A stretch of 64,000 nucleotides of DNA from Eledone cirrhosa (lineage: Eukaryota): the NCBI GenBank assembly GCA_964016885.1, contig OZ024741.1:178560001-178624000 (forward strand), written 5' to 3'. The notes under the pieces are model-generated. The model worked only from the letters and a program-made list of their open reading frames with translations. It searched no databases and had not been told where the DNA came from. Positions within the stretch are counted from its first letter, which is position 1; every line of letters starts with the position of its first letter. A program made the translations under genes and the position numbers. This document shows positions 1 to 16,320 of this stretch, in pieces.

Positions 1-170
1 TCTCGTTGGGCTTGTTATAGGGGTAGTATTACTCAGTGCTCAGGTTTAGGGTGGTGTCTAGGATGTTGACTACCTTTTTATTTGGGTCTAGTTCGATACT
101 GAGCCCATGGTTCTTAAAGAAATGCCTAATTCGCCTCTTAAGTCTCTCCACCATAGTGGTGCTGTGGTCA
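1..170 (-). mobile_element. Penelope-like (Naiad-type) reverse transcriptase fragment, running off the window start
   Basis: Minus-strand translation DHSTTMVERLKRRIRHFFKNHGLSIELDPNKKVVNILDTTLNLSTE*YYPYNKPNE aligns with the FF...G...VKFLDVTL...LYYLYRKPND segment of the PLE at 13600-13800; contains a stop. Confidence 0.75.
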
Positions 171-394
171 TAGACTGTGAAGAGAACATTCCTCAGTCAA
201 AAGTCTATAGAAATTTTTCTGAGGCAAGACAATCTGTTGTAGTTGTTTTTGTTTAAGTACATCTGACCTCCTCCATTTTGTTGGTAGTTCCTCAGAGAAA
301 TAACAACGCAACCAGGAGCTGGACATATCGGAGTATTGACGGAGTAAAACACACTTAAACAACATGTGTACCTGTCTCTACCACACCAATTCGG

Positions 395-449
395 ACTGCC
401 TGAAGACGTCACAGCCAATGATGGCTGTTACCGAAATATATATAGCAGT
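395..449 (+). ncRNA. Minimal type I hammerhead ribozyme (intact core)
   Basis: ACTGC-CTGAAGA-C-GTCACAGCC-AATGAT-GGCTGTTAC-C-GAAA-TATATA-TA-GCAGT. Stem I ACTGC/GCAGT, stem II, palindromic stem III, AUA cleavage triplet. Confidence 0.8.
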
Positions 450-506
450 ATATCTATAATTTATAATAAACGAAGCCAAATTTTTACTTATTTGACTTAA
501 TTATTT

Positions 507-548
<42 letters not shown>

Positions 549-980
549 CCACATTATTGTAAATAATTGTATATAAAGTAAATATTTAAAAGTTTGAAGC
601 ACAGAACTGGAAACCAATTTTATTTTCTCCCTATTAACAGGTAATATCACTACGATGTCATTTGCTGTATCAAATATTCAGCTCGTATGAATTTATCAAT
701 TGAATAGAGAATCTAGAGTATTGAAAAGAAAATTACTTCAACTGAAATACCATTTCCAAATATCTTGTATGAATATACAATACCCGAATATTTGACTTAA
801 TTATTTTACATTACTCCAGAGTAAACAAACCAACCTGCGTACTTCGTCGAGTGCCCCAATCTGCATACTGAGGTGTCAGTAAACAACCAACATATACTCA
901 ATATATATATATATTTATATATATATATATATATAGTTACGAAACATAAGTCAATTGCATGAACTCATAATCCTTTATTT

Positions 981-1038
981 ACTGCTATATATATATTTAG
1001 ATGATAGCCATTGAATGGCTATGACCTCATCAGGCAGT
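981..1038 (-). ncRNA. Type I hammerhead ribozyme, same family as 395-449, core mutated (GAAA>TAAA)
   Basis: Reverse complement: ACTGC-CTGATGA-GGTCATAGCC-ATTCAAT-GGCTATCATC-TAAA-TATATATA-TA-GCAGT. Confidence 0.65.
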
Positions 1039-1089
1039 TAATCAGTTTTTAGATATGCCAATCAGTTTTTAGATATTTATGGTGTTGAT

Positions 1090-1127
<38 letters not shown>

Positions 1128-1859
1128 AATAGTGAAGAATAACATGGTCAACAGTACAAAAAGGCTTGTATTTACCGTATTAACAATGTTTCATTGATTA
1201 GGGTTTCTAAGGATTACTAATAACTCGAAGTTGTGTGACTCAATCTTAAATACAGTGTATGCATAATCAAATCATTGGAATAACCGACAAAGTTACACTC
1301 AATATTTGTATTTATACTTCGGAGAATTCAAATAACAACATCAATAATAGATGAGGAAAGAGAAAAAGAAAAAGAGAAAAAAAAATAATAAAGTTAGAAT
1401 GAAGATGATAAAAAACATATATAAATAAAAATATATATATACGTGAAGAAAATATATGAACATAATACGATTGTTGAAAATAGTGTTGGTGGTGGTGGTT
1501 AAAGTTGTAGTGGTGTGTAAGTATAAAGATGTGACGAGGGTAGGAATATTATTAGTATGAAAATAAATATTAAATATATACATATATGTATTGGTTAAGT
1601 CACAGATGGTTAGAGTAGGAAGAAAGAATATAATGATAAATAACTTATAAAAGATAAATTAATAAATTAGAAGTTAGGGAGAGGTTAAGAGATATAGGAT
1701 AGGAGGTTTATGATGTTGATTTGGTGATTAGTTCGTTTGTTGACAGTTAATAATAGTGAGTTGGTATGTAGTTATTATAGTAGACTCTGGGTGGTTCAGC
1801 TAGAATGATGGGATTGTTGGATCGAATCGTGTTGGTTTGAAATTTGCGAATTTAGTAGC

Positions 1860-2130
1860 TGATTTGTGCCTACAGAAAATTGATCGTTCTATTTGCTGTT
1901 AAGCAGCATTTTGTCAACAGCTCCATATTGCAAAGTCCGCAGTGGGACATTCCAATTTAGTAAGCCTTTGCTCCCGATAATTTTGACCAGCTAATCCTGT
2001 ATTCTTGGTTTGTATCCTTAAGCTGCCACATTTTATTGGCCAATGTTGTTGTGCTTCCTAGTCTACCGTTCTTCATAGAATGTCTGTGAACATACCATCC
2101 TTTTTTTAACTCCTCAGCCGAATTTCCTTA
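1860..2130 (-). mobile_element. Penelope-like (Naiad-type) GIY-YIG endonuclease remnant
   Basis: Minus translation GNSAEELKKGWYVHRHSMKNGRLGSTTTLANKMWQLKDTNQEYRISWSKLSGAKAY*IGMSHCGLCNME...CRHK, collinear with the C-terminus of ORF 13886-14776. Confidence 0.7.
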
Positions 2131-2251
2131 TTCGATATTTACTCCGTCACTCCTATGTGGAAAAAGTACGTTGAGTGCTTGAATTGAATTGCATCAGTAT
2201 TTACCCTAATATATATATATATATATATATATTTATACATATATATATATA

Positions 2252-2644
<393 letters not shown>

Positions 2645-2741
2645 ATACATTATATATATTATATATAGAGAGTAAAAGAGTAAAATGAAAGGTGGCCGGA
2701 CAGGTTGAATTCCCTCAATTATTTATTATTTATTTCTGAAG

Positions 2742-2799
2742 ACACTATGCACATTTCAGTGGCCAGATTACGTATGAACCTGGTGACATCCTCAGGTGT
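2742..2799 (-). ncRNA. Type I hammerhead ribozyme
   Basis: Reverse complement: ACAC-CTGAGGA-T-GTCACCAGGT-TCATACGTA-ATCTGGCCAC-T-GAAA-TGTGCA-TA-GTGT. Stem I ACAC/GTGT, imperfect stem II, near-palindromic stem III. Confidence 0.65.
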
Positions 2800-3167
2800 G
2801 TGATGTATAATATTTGAATACCAACGGAATGAGGGTAAACAAATTCCAAGAGGCTTTAATGGAAAAAGCAGAGAAGAAAAAAACAGAGAAAGACGAGGCA
2901 AAAGGAGAACAACCGGCTACCACGATCGCCTTTGGGTCAAAAACAAAAACGAAAACACATTTCTTTCTTCTTTGTATTTTTTTTTCAGGCTTGTTCACGC
3001 TCTATATTTCTTGTAAAGTTATATCACCAGTATTGTAATATCCAATGTGTTGTCTCATTTTTTAATTAAGAGAGAATTTGCAGTTGTTTCTAGAGAGAGA
3101 TACAACGACCATTAGACGTTTCTTCATCGTATCCTGTCTGATTGTACCAAAATAAGTTCGCAGTTCT

Positions 3168-3248
<81 letters not shown>

Positions 3249-3283
3249 CTCTCTCTATCTCTCTCTCTCTCTCTCTCTCGCTC

Positions 3284-3314
<31 letters not shown>

Positions 3315-4151
3315 TACTCTCAATTTCACTCTTTCTCTATCGTTTTCTATACTCTATATTTTTGATATCATTATAAACATCCCTTTTCAACGAAAAGTAC
3401 AATCACTTCAGAACTATGTGTACTATTTATCCCTTTAAGAGAAGGCATGAATATGCAGTAATCTTCAAATCCTACTCTCAAACATAATATATATTTGTTC
3501 TCCATCCATTTTCCGTAAACACATATTTAAAAATATTCAGTTAGATCATTTTGACACACTCTTGGATGATCTCGTCCCTGAGATATATCTGTAACTCTGA
3601 CACGAAATACATTAGAAGATCGATTGCGAAAATAATATTTTTAGAAAATTTGAAAGTATGAGATGATTTATGTTTATCACTGTGTTCAGTTAACTTTACA
3701 CTCAATCACAAAACACAGACTGCATATATAAAATATTCAATTAGATTTTGATGAGACGATGGATGGTCGGCCACCTTTGTCAAGAGTCCATTCGATAAAA
3801 TGAAATGTATAAAATGTAAATAAAGTAATGTGTGTAAGGAGACATGACTCGAGCTAGACATAATCGGCCATCAGCCAAGAATATGTATATGTGTGCTTCA
3901 CATATATACATGTTCTCCTATATACATATATAACGAAACACACATGCACGTAGACAAACACATACTCACACACACATACACATGCATACACACATACACG
4001 CACATATTCACACGCAAAAATGGAAGATCAAATTTCTTGAGGATTGGGTTGATGACAATCCTAACCACATACCTTTCTTCGTCCTCACCGAAACCTATCT
4101 CAATCTCCTCTACTTAGAAGCCGAGGTGAAAGGGAAGAATTTCAAAACTAC

Positions 4152-4192
<41 letters not shown>

Positions 4193-4246
4193 GTGTGTGT
4201 GTGTGTTCGTGTGTGTGTGTATTAGTGTGTGTGTGTGTGTGTGTGT

Positions 4247-4289
<43 letters not shown>

Positions 4290-4319
4290 TGTGTGCGTGT
4301 GTGTGTGAACTTAAATATA

Positions 4320-4580
4320 TAAACTGAAAGAGGAGCCTGCAAACTCAGCATCATCTGGAAGATTGCGGAAGATTTCAGACCATATATGAACGGAACTAAG
4401 AAATGCTGGCTATATGATGCTGGGGTGCTAATATGGAACATATTAGCTCCGAACATATGCCTTACCTTAATACTGAAAGAAACTATGGAAGCCCTGCACA
4501 AAACATATCCTTTGTTTCGGGTCTATAACTAACCAGATATCCACAGCACATCATGAACTTTCCGCTCGACGCCCACTAGA
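4320..4580 (+). mobile_element. Possible highly decayed RTE LINE C-terminal fragment
   Basis: Scattered motifs RNAGYMM, VLIWN, GSPAQ in different frames resemble the R.AGH...LW.P...GRP block seen at 33200-33300. Confidence 0.3.
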
Positions 4581-5239
4581 TTGTTATTACAACACAAACA
4601 CCCGATAGAGCGTAAATAAAATTGCCTGGATATCAAATGTAAACTCCCTTTCAGTTTCATGAACTATTTTACAAAAAAAAAAAACAGTACAAAAACAGTA
4701 TTTTAAGAGATACCACTTTGTATAAAAATATTGATGAACAAAACATTTAAGGACTCTGGAAGCATATATATGTTTTTATAAAGATTAAAGATTGTTGGTG
4801 CACGCGAGATTAATCTGGTACAATTAATTTAAACTTATCATTAAACACTCTGTACCGAAGAAATCATTTGTTTAGTGGGTATGTGTTTTAAGTAATATAA
4901 AATATCTCTTTGATCACATAATGAGTGGTCATTCTTTCGTAATGAATGACAATTCACACACAGATAATTATATATATATATATATGGGATAACAAGTTAT
5001 CGTTATATGTAATCCAGTTAAAGGTTGTGAGTACTCTGCGTTGTGGATAGTTTTAACGTACGGCTTTGTTTGACTCAAAGAGTTGTTTCCATAGTTATGC
5101 AGCGAGTTCGCGGTAATTCCTATGCAGGTTATACTTGGAGTAATAATATTGAAAGAATGATGAGTAACATGGTTGGTTGTACGATAATGGGCTTCATTTA
5201 AAGTACTGACAATTGTTTCATTGATCAGGTGAGTCTAGA

Positions 5240-5420
5240 CGTCGCCAATCGCTTGAAGTTGCGTCACTCGGTCTCCAATACATTATTTACCCCTGATCAA
5301 CACATCAGAGTACGTAGATATGAAAATAATTCACTCGAGGCAAGATACCTTAAAATATGGAGTGGTTCTAAATTACAAAGTCCGCAGTGGGACATTCCGT
5401 TGCAACGATGGTTGCCGAAC
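5240..5420 (-). mobile_element. Penelope-like GIY-YIG 3' remnant
   Basis: GMSHCGLCNLE on the minus strand; shares the DNA CAAAGTCCGCAGTGGGACATTCC with 1931-1953. Confidence 0.6.
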
Positions 5421-5643
5421 ACTGTACGGCGTAATTCGGGCTGTTTGTTTACAAACAAACCAAACATTGTAATAAATGTTCGGTAAACCCATACGTACAT
5501 ATATATATATGTGTGCATGTATGTATATATATATACATACTACTGTACGTATGTATACATATATGTATGTACGTATACATACTTATATGTAAGTATCAGC
5601 CGTACTAAGAGTGAGAAATAAAGTTTTGTTTCATTCTTTTCCA

Positions 5644-6010
<367 letters not shown>

Positions 6011-6219
6011 ACATGGTGATATCTGCATAATAAAATGAATTATTTCAATCACAACATCCAGGAGATCGTGTTTCCCCCAGGCACTTTGTTACATTTCCAC
6101 CAACATTTGGTATGACATGTAATTAAACTAGATGCACGTATTTTGAATGCGGAAACACTTTCTTTTTCGAATCAAACATTTGTTCAATTAATTAAAATGA
6201 TAGAGAAATACTTTTAGTG

Positions 6220-6283
<64 letters not shown>

Positions 6284-6446
6284 CGTATATGTGTGTGTGT
6301 GTATACATATATACATACATATACATACACACATACACACACACATATATATTTATATATATATATATATATTCAATCACTAAAAATATAATTATTATTA
6401 TAACTGTTATTATTGTTATTATTATTGTTATTATTATTGTTGTTTA

Positions 6447-6733
6447 GGGCGGTGAATTGGCAGTATCGGTAGCGGGTCGGACATGCTTTCTAGCATAGTT
6501 ATGTCCCTTTACGATCTGATTTCAAATCCCGCCGAGGTTAACTTTGCCTTTCATCCATACGGGGGGGTCGATAAAATAAAGTACCAGTAATGTACTGGTA
6601 ATTGCTGGCCTTGTGCCAAAGGTAGAAACAATTATTATTGTTGTTTCTTACGGGGTCGATAAAATAAAGTACCAGTAATGAACTGGGTAATTGCTGGCCT
6701 TGTGCCTAACGTAGAAACAATTATTATTATTAT
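6447..6733 (+). mobile_element. tRNA-derived SINE (~195 bp) plus duplicated 3' half
   Basis: A-box TGGCAGTATCGG, degenerate B-box TTTCAAATCC, body ...CTTTGCCTTTCATCC...GGGGTCGATAAAATAAAGTACCAG..., (ATT)n tail. Same family occurs more than 12 times in the window. Confidence 0.85.
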
Positions 6734-8703
6734 TGTTGCTGTTCGTGGTGGTGGTTGTGTTTTTGTTGTTGCTGTTGTTAAGTATGATTCACCAACTATA
6801 CTCCAAATGGCAAGTTCTGAATATATTACTTTTTTTAAATAATTCATGCTAAAATTGTATAGAATTCAACTAGTCATTTCATTTAAAATTCATATGGACG
6901 TCGAGTTTATATAGGTCACCGTAATATAATGCAGACGTTCTAGCAGTAACATAATGCAACATTCACTTTATTATGCGGCTAATGCTATTTTCCTCATTTA
7001 ACACTATTTTATCCACATTTATTTGATTTTGGGGTGTGGGAGAGGGTGTGTACGATATTCAGTATTAATTAATAACAAAATATTTATTTAATTATTTTAG
7101 TATCACTGGTAGCTTATTCCGCTCATAGATTTTTTATTTTACCTCTAAATATAGTTGCTTCTGTGATTAATCAAAGAAAATCAAATATATTTTTCTGTAT
7201 ATGCGATCAATAAATAACCTGTGATATATAAAATTGTCCTCTTTTTTCAGCTTCCTCTCTTAAAATCTACTATAAGTCTGCAATATTTATAGAGTGATTA
7301 TATATGTCTTATCATTTTATCGTTCACGTCTTCTTTTGCACAAATTTACCGCCAAACCTTTACAAACGCTATGATTGTTAAACTATTTTCTCTAAGCAGG
7401 CCAATTATTGACGTGAAAATGCTGCTTTGCAAACTTTGAACATTAAAGACATCAAACGAAAGATGATGTAATTTAAAGAACGATTCCCCAATATAAATGT
7501 CCACAAAGTTGTCTATTACTATTATTACTATAATTAGATTGCTAGTTAGATCGTACAACATTTATATGGTGAAGATGGCAACGGCCATATCAACAATTGT
7601 TCGACATATTGAAGTTTTCTTTGATTTGTCCCATTATAACATTTTCTTCCCTTATTTTTTGTTTCAGTGTAATAGCTACAAAGGTATAAAATGAGACTTT
7701 CTTCTTTGGGATTTCGATCTATTTAATGGTTTCATGAGTGAAATAAGAAGCCACATCCTAAGCAACTTCGATGATACAATTAAATTCATTGGAAAGACCG
7801 TTATTCTATCTCAACTAATTTTGCAGAAAATATATTAACTATTAGACTCAATGGAAGATATCACACGGGTCGATCATTATGAGTAAATTACTAACAGTGA
7901 TAAAGTGTATAGAATTTAAATTAGAGTACTTTTACGCAAACATAAGACAACTAGAGCTATTATTCGAAAGGATGCCTAATTGCTTTCTTGAAAAGAATGC
8001 CTACGGAAATCCTTTAGTGTATTTACTTTATGAGTTCAAATCGTACCAAGATCACCTTTTCATCCTTCTATAATTGATAAGATAAAGTATTATTCTATTA
8101 CTGGGTTACTTTATGCTCTTATAATGTTTCTAGATTAGACGAGAATCATTAGAAGACTAATGAACTGTAAGGTGAGGTTACACTGTGAAGCCAAATCATT
8201 CGTCTTTAAAATCAAGGAGTGATTTACAGTGAGTAGAATAATATATTGCACCACGACTCAATTCATAGTGGAAGGTATAGGTTCCCTTATGACGGTTTTA
8301 ATTCTGGTCAGAAAAGCTAGAATATATAACTAGTTATAATGTATCGTTTTCCTCCATATTTAACAGGTAGAGAAAATCAATAAATTCCTTGGATATAGTG
8401 TAAGATAGTCGACAGCAAACCAATGTTCTGGGTCTATTTTGATCAAGCAAATCTATGAGTAAAAGCTGTTTGTCGACAGAAAATCTGTCATGGTTTGGAG
8501 ACCAGTCCAAATGTATGTTTTCTTCTTACCTTTCCCTCATCGTTACAATGATAGTCAATAATTTCAGAGAAATCTGGCTACTATTTCTAACACGCTATAA
8601 AACTACGTAGAAGCTATCTCATTGTCCCTGTCTGTTTTTTTTTGGGGGGGGGGGGTCGTTGTTATTTTGTTCTTTGTGTGTCTTGCTTAGCAAAACAAAT
8701 GAA

Positions 8704-8735
<32 letters not shown>

Positions 8736-9173
8736 TAACAAGAAAAAACGTATAATGTTGAGAATTTCGATCGTCCTAAATCTGTCAAATAGTGTTATAT
8801 ATATATTCTTAATATTTTTCTTGTTGTTCTCATTGCATTTTGATTTTGATTTATATTTTCTTTATTTATTGTTCTTACACTGCCAAGTCATTTCATTATC
8901 ATCTAAGTTATAGTCTTATTTTACGAAGTCGCTTCTCTATAGTGAAGTCTGAATAGTTAAAATAATGTTTCGTGAAGTAATATAGATGAGAAAAGGTGTA
9001 TCGAATTCTCACACCATTAATACCCTTATTTATATATATTTTTCCGGCTATACTTTATTGAATAAACAGGATATTAATGACCAGTATTCAATAGGATAAT
9101 TGTTCCTCATTCACAAACAAGTTTTCACTATTGTTCGATTATTGTTCGATTATATTAAGTTTTCTTATATATA

Positions 9174-9205
<32 letters not shown>

Positions 9206-9498
9206 ACAACAATAATAATAATGATAATAATATGAAATAATGATAATAATAATAATGAGTAGGAAGGAGATGTCATATATTATATAAACATTAATTGAAA
9301 ACATTTGAAGCGAGAAGTTTATACGAATTTCCATAAAATTGTGTGAATCTCAAATCGGGAGTAGCTGTAAACAGCCGGTTGCTCTGAGCATAGAAAAACG
9401 TCGGGTTAAAATATATGTGCATATATATAGAAAACTATATGTAAGTTTGTATATATATATATTCGATCTCCCCCTCCCTCTTTCTTACTCTCTCTCTT

Positions 9499-9548
<50 letters not shown>

Positions 9549-9589
9549 TATGCGAGCAAGACAATCACTCTTGCATCAAGTGGGAAAAC

Positions 9590-9660
9590 CCCCGTCCAAA
9601 CCCATGCAAGCGTGGAACACGGACGCTAAACCTGATGATCATGATGATGATGATGATGAT
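9590..9660 (+). mobile_element. RTE-type 3' tail ending in (GAT)n
   Basis: CCGTCCAAACCCATGCAAGCGTGGAACACGGACGCTAAA followed by (GAT)n, which I recognise as an RTE LINE / RTE-dependent SINE 3' end. Confidence 0.55.
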
Positions 9661-9852
9661 ATATATATATATATGATGACATAAGCTTCTCAGTCATAGA
9701 AATACATTTGTTGATTTTGCAGCAATAAAACTGGCCTTTTTATTTCATTGAATTATTTAACTCCGATTCTGCACCAACGTCGAGGTATTACATCTATGAT
9801 GGATGATAGGCATAACTAGATCTACCCATTAGTTAAACCATCCAACATAAAC

Positions 9853-10208
<356 letters not shown>

Positions 10209-10466
10209 TGTGTGTGTGTGTGTGCGTGAGAGAGAGGTAGATGGTGAGTTTCTATTTTATACTAGCGAGACAATTGTTCACCTTTGTACGCGATAGTTAC
10301 GGAAGTAGAATGCATGTATGGTAATGAGTGATTGCAAGATACTCTTGCCGTTTCAACAAATAATTGTTATTCAACAAATAATATATCATATATTGAGAGA
10401 GAGAGTGGGGTAGATAGAGGGAGTGAATATATATATATTTGTATATATGTTCTCTTTTCATTATTT

Positions 10467-11273
10467 GTCCCTTTACGATCTGAGTTCAAATCCCGCCGAG
10501 GTTGACTTTGCCTTTCATCCTTACGGGGTCTTTAAAATAAAGTACCAGTAATGCACTGGGTAATTGCTGGCCTTGTGCCAAAAGTAGAAACAATTATTTG
10601 TTGAGGGAGTGGATTGGCAGTATCGGTAGAGGGTCGGACGCCATCCTTTGCAGCATAGTTACGTCACTTTACGATCTGAGTTCAAATCCCGCCGAGGTTG
10701 ACTTTGCCTTTCATCCTTACGGGGTCGATAAAATAAAGTACCAGTAATGCACTGGGTAATTGCTGGCCTTGTGCCAAAAGTAGAAACAATTATTTGTTGA
10801 GGGAGTGGATTGGCAGTATCGGTAGAGGGTCGGACGCCATGCTTTGCAGCATAGTTACGTCCCTTTACGATCTCAGTTCAAATCCCGCCGAGTTTGACTT
10901 TGCCTTTCATCCTTACGGGGTCGATAAAATAAAGTACCAGTAATGCATTGGGTAATTGCTGGCCTTGTGCCTAAAGTAGAAACAATTATTTGTTGAGGGA
11001 GTGGATTGGCAGTATCGGTAGAGGGTCGGACGCCATGCTTTGCAGCATAGTTACGTCCCTTTACGATCTCAGTTCAAATCCCGCCGAGTTTGACTTTGCC
11101 TTTCATCCTTACGGGGTCGATAAAATAAAGTACCAGTAATGCATTGGGTAATTGCTGGCCTTGTGCCTAAAGTAGAAACAATTATTTGTTGAGGCAGTGG
11201 ATTGGCAGTATCGGTAGAGGGTGGGACGCCATGCTTTGCAGCAAAAGTTACGGTCCTTTATGGTCGGAGTTCA
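10467..11273 (+). repeat. Tandem array of ~4.1 SINE units, period 196 bp
   Basis: B-box (G/C)AGTTCA at 10482, 10678, 10874, 11070, 11267. Confidence 0.92.
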
Positions 11274-11732
11274 TATATATATATCCTAACTCGTGTGCTT
11301 CCTCTCCACATTTTATTATTATATCTATATATATACCGTTTATGTTGGATGGTTTAACTAATGGGTAGATCTAGTTATGCCTATCATCCATCATAGATGT
11401 AATACCTCGACGTTGGTGCAGAATTGGAGTTAAATAATTCAATGAAATAACAAGGCCTATTTTATTGCTGCAAAATCAACAAATGTATTTCTATGACGTC
11501 TTAGGCTGTTTTTCACATAAAAGTAATTAGTTACTGAGTTACGATAAAACATAAAAAGAAGAATAGACACGGGGGCGGTCTAACGGTCATTGCGACCTCG
11601 GCGACAGATCCTGATTTTTTATCGAGGTCGCAATGACTGATACAACGCTTCTGAGTCAATTTTTTGTTTGATTTACGAAACTAGTCGAAGAGAATCGGTT
11701 CTGCTCCAATCATATCTTACGTACTAAATGAT

Positions 11733-12238
11733 ATAATAATTGTTTCTACTTTTGGCACAAGGCCAGCAATTATCTCAGTGCATTACTGGTACTTTATTTT
11801 ATCGACCTCGTAAGGATTAAAGGCAAAGTTGACCTCGGTGGGATTTGAACTCAGATCATAAAGGGTCGTAATTCTATGCTACAAAGTATGGCGTCCGACC
11901 CTCAACCGATGCTGCCAATCCATAATAATTGTTTCTACTTGTGGCACAAGGCCAGCAATTATCCCAGTGTATTACTGGTACTTTATTTTATCGACCCCGT
12001 ATGGATGAAAGGCAAAGTTAACCTCGGCGGGATTTGAACTCAGAATGCAAGGGCCGTAACTCTATGCGTCAAAGCATGGCGTTCGACCCTCTACCGATAC
12101 TGCCAATCCACCGCCCGTTGCCAATCCATAATAATTGTTTCTACTTTTGGCACAAGGCCAGCAAATACCCAGTACATTACTGGTACTTTATGTTATCGAC
12201 TCCGTAAGGATGAAAGGCAAAGTTAACCTCGGCGGGAT
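11733..12238 (-). mobile_element. Three head-to-tail SINE copies (minus strand)
   Basis: Reverse-complement SINE units at about 11733-11921, 11922-12116 and 12128-12238 (last one 5'-truncated). Confidence 0.85.
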
Positions 12239-12457
12239 AATGTCTGTACGTCAGAAATACACAGATATCATTACCCACTTGTAGTCGTTTATCTTACTGA
12301 TTAACGTATGTGCGCACTCTTGATAAATGGGTTTGCAGTTCTGACGTTCAGACAGTATTATGCCTTTCATCCTTACGGGGTCGATAAAATAATGCACCAG
12401 TAATTGCTGGCCTTGTGTCCAAAGTAGAACCAATTATCGTATCACTTAGTGAGTAAG

Positions 12458-15121
<2,664 letters not shown>

Positions 15122-15123
<2 letters not shown>

Positions 15124-15247
15124 TACGGTCTGAGTTCAAATCCCGTCGAGGTTAACCTTGCCTTTCATCCTTACGAGGTCGATAAAATAAAGTACCAGTG
15201 ATGTACTGGGTAATTCCTGGACTTGTGCCAAAATTAGAAACAATTAT
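15122..15247 (+). mobile_element. 5'-truncated SINE
   Basis: GAGTTCAAATCCCG...GAAACAATTAT. Confidence 0.8.
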
Positions 15248-15261
15248 GTGTGTATATATAT

Positions 15262-15334
<73 letters not shown>

Positions 15335-16019
15335 TTATATATGTATATATATATATATATGTATATATATGTATATAGAAATATATAGACACAAACACAC
15401 ACTCACACACACATATATATATATATATGCCCTAGACATATATATATATACATATATATATATATATGTCTAGGGCATACATATATATATATATGTGTGT
15501 GTGTGTCTATATATTTAGATATGTATTGATATAATACAATGTTATAACGATATTAGTATGTTTTATTATGGCGAATGTTGGTGGTGGTGGGGGGCTTGTG
15601 TTAATATACTTTTGAAAGCTATAAAATCCCAGCACTCTTTTCATTCAACTTCTATCTGTCTTAATAGATATTTATCTGCTATTCATACGAAACAAACTAA
15701 TGAAATATTAGTCTATCATTATAACATACCAAACTTTCAACTAAAATCTTTTATACACTTCATTAAATTAAGATATCATTTTACTTTATTTATTATTTCA
15801 TCGTCATTGAGATGGACGAATCATGTCCGGAAATGTCTTCTCTCATATTATGACTATATAATATATAATATATAATAGATACTATATTCAACTGTCTAAC
15901 TATATCTCATTTTTAGCTCTTTAGTTATACACTCGAAACCCGTTCTGTTGTTCTTGCTTTTTCTATAACCATTATTTTGCAGTATGCTACACTTGTTGTT
16001 GGTCCTTTGCCTTTTCCAA

Positions 16020-16320
16020 CGACGAGCGCTACAGTTGTTTCAATCAACGGAACTGCCTGCCCAAGAAATTAACGTGTAAACAGCTGAGCTTTCCCAAAAT
16101 CTATGCATGCTTAATGTAATTCTCAGGGAGATTCAGTGTGGCTCAATGTCTGACATGGCTGGCCTTTTGAACTATCGAGCAATTCTCTTTTGCTAGCTTG
16201 GTGAACTAAAGTAACTGAAGAAAGTTTCTTGCTCAAGCAAACAGAACAACCCCTGGTTCGAGAATCAAATTCACCACGTTATGATCATGAGCTCTGCACC
16301 AAAACCCCTATGCTCGCCAC
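16020..16320 (-). mobile_element. Old diverged tRNA-SINE of a second family
   Basis: GAAATTAACGTG...TTCTCAGGGAGATTCAG...GGCTGGCC...TTCTTGCTCAAG...GAATC pattern; a related fragment lies at about 44900-45110. Family recognised from memory. Confidence 0.5.

Noticed and set aside
10467-11273. CRISPR-like regular repeat array
   Set aside because: Whole 196-bp units repeat with no unique spacers; it is a SINE tandem in eukaryotic DNA.
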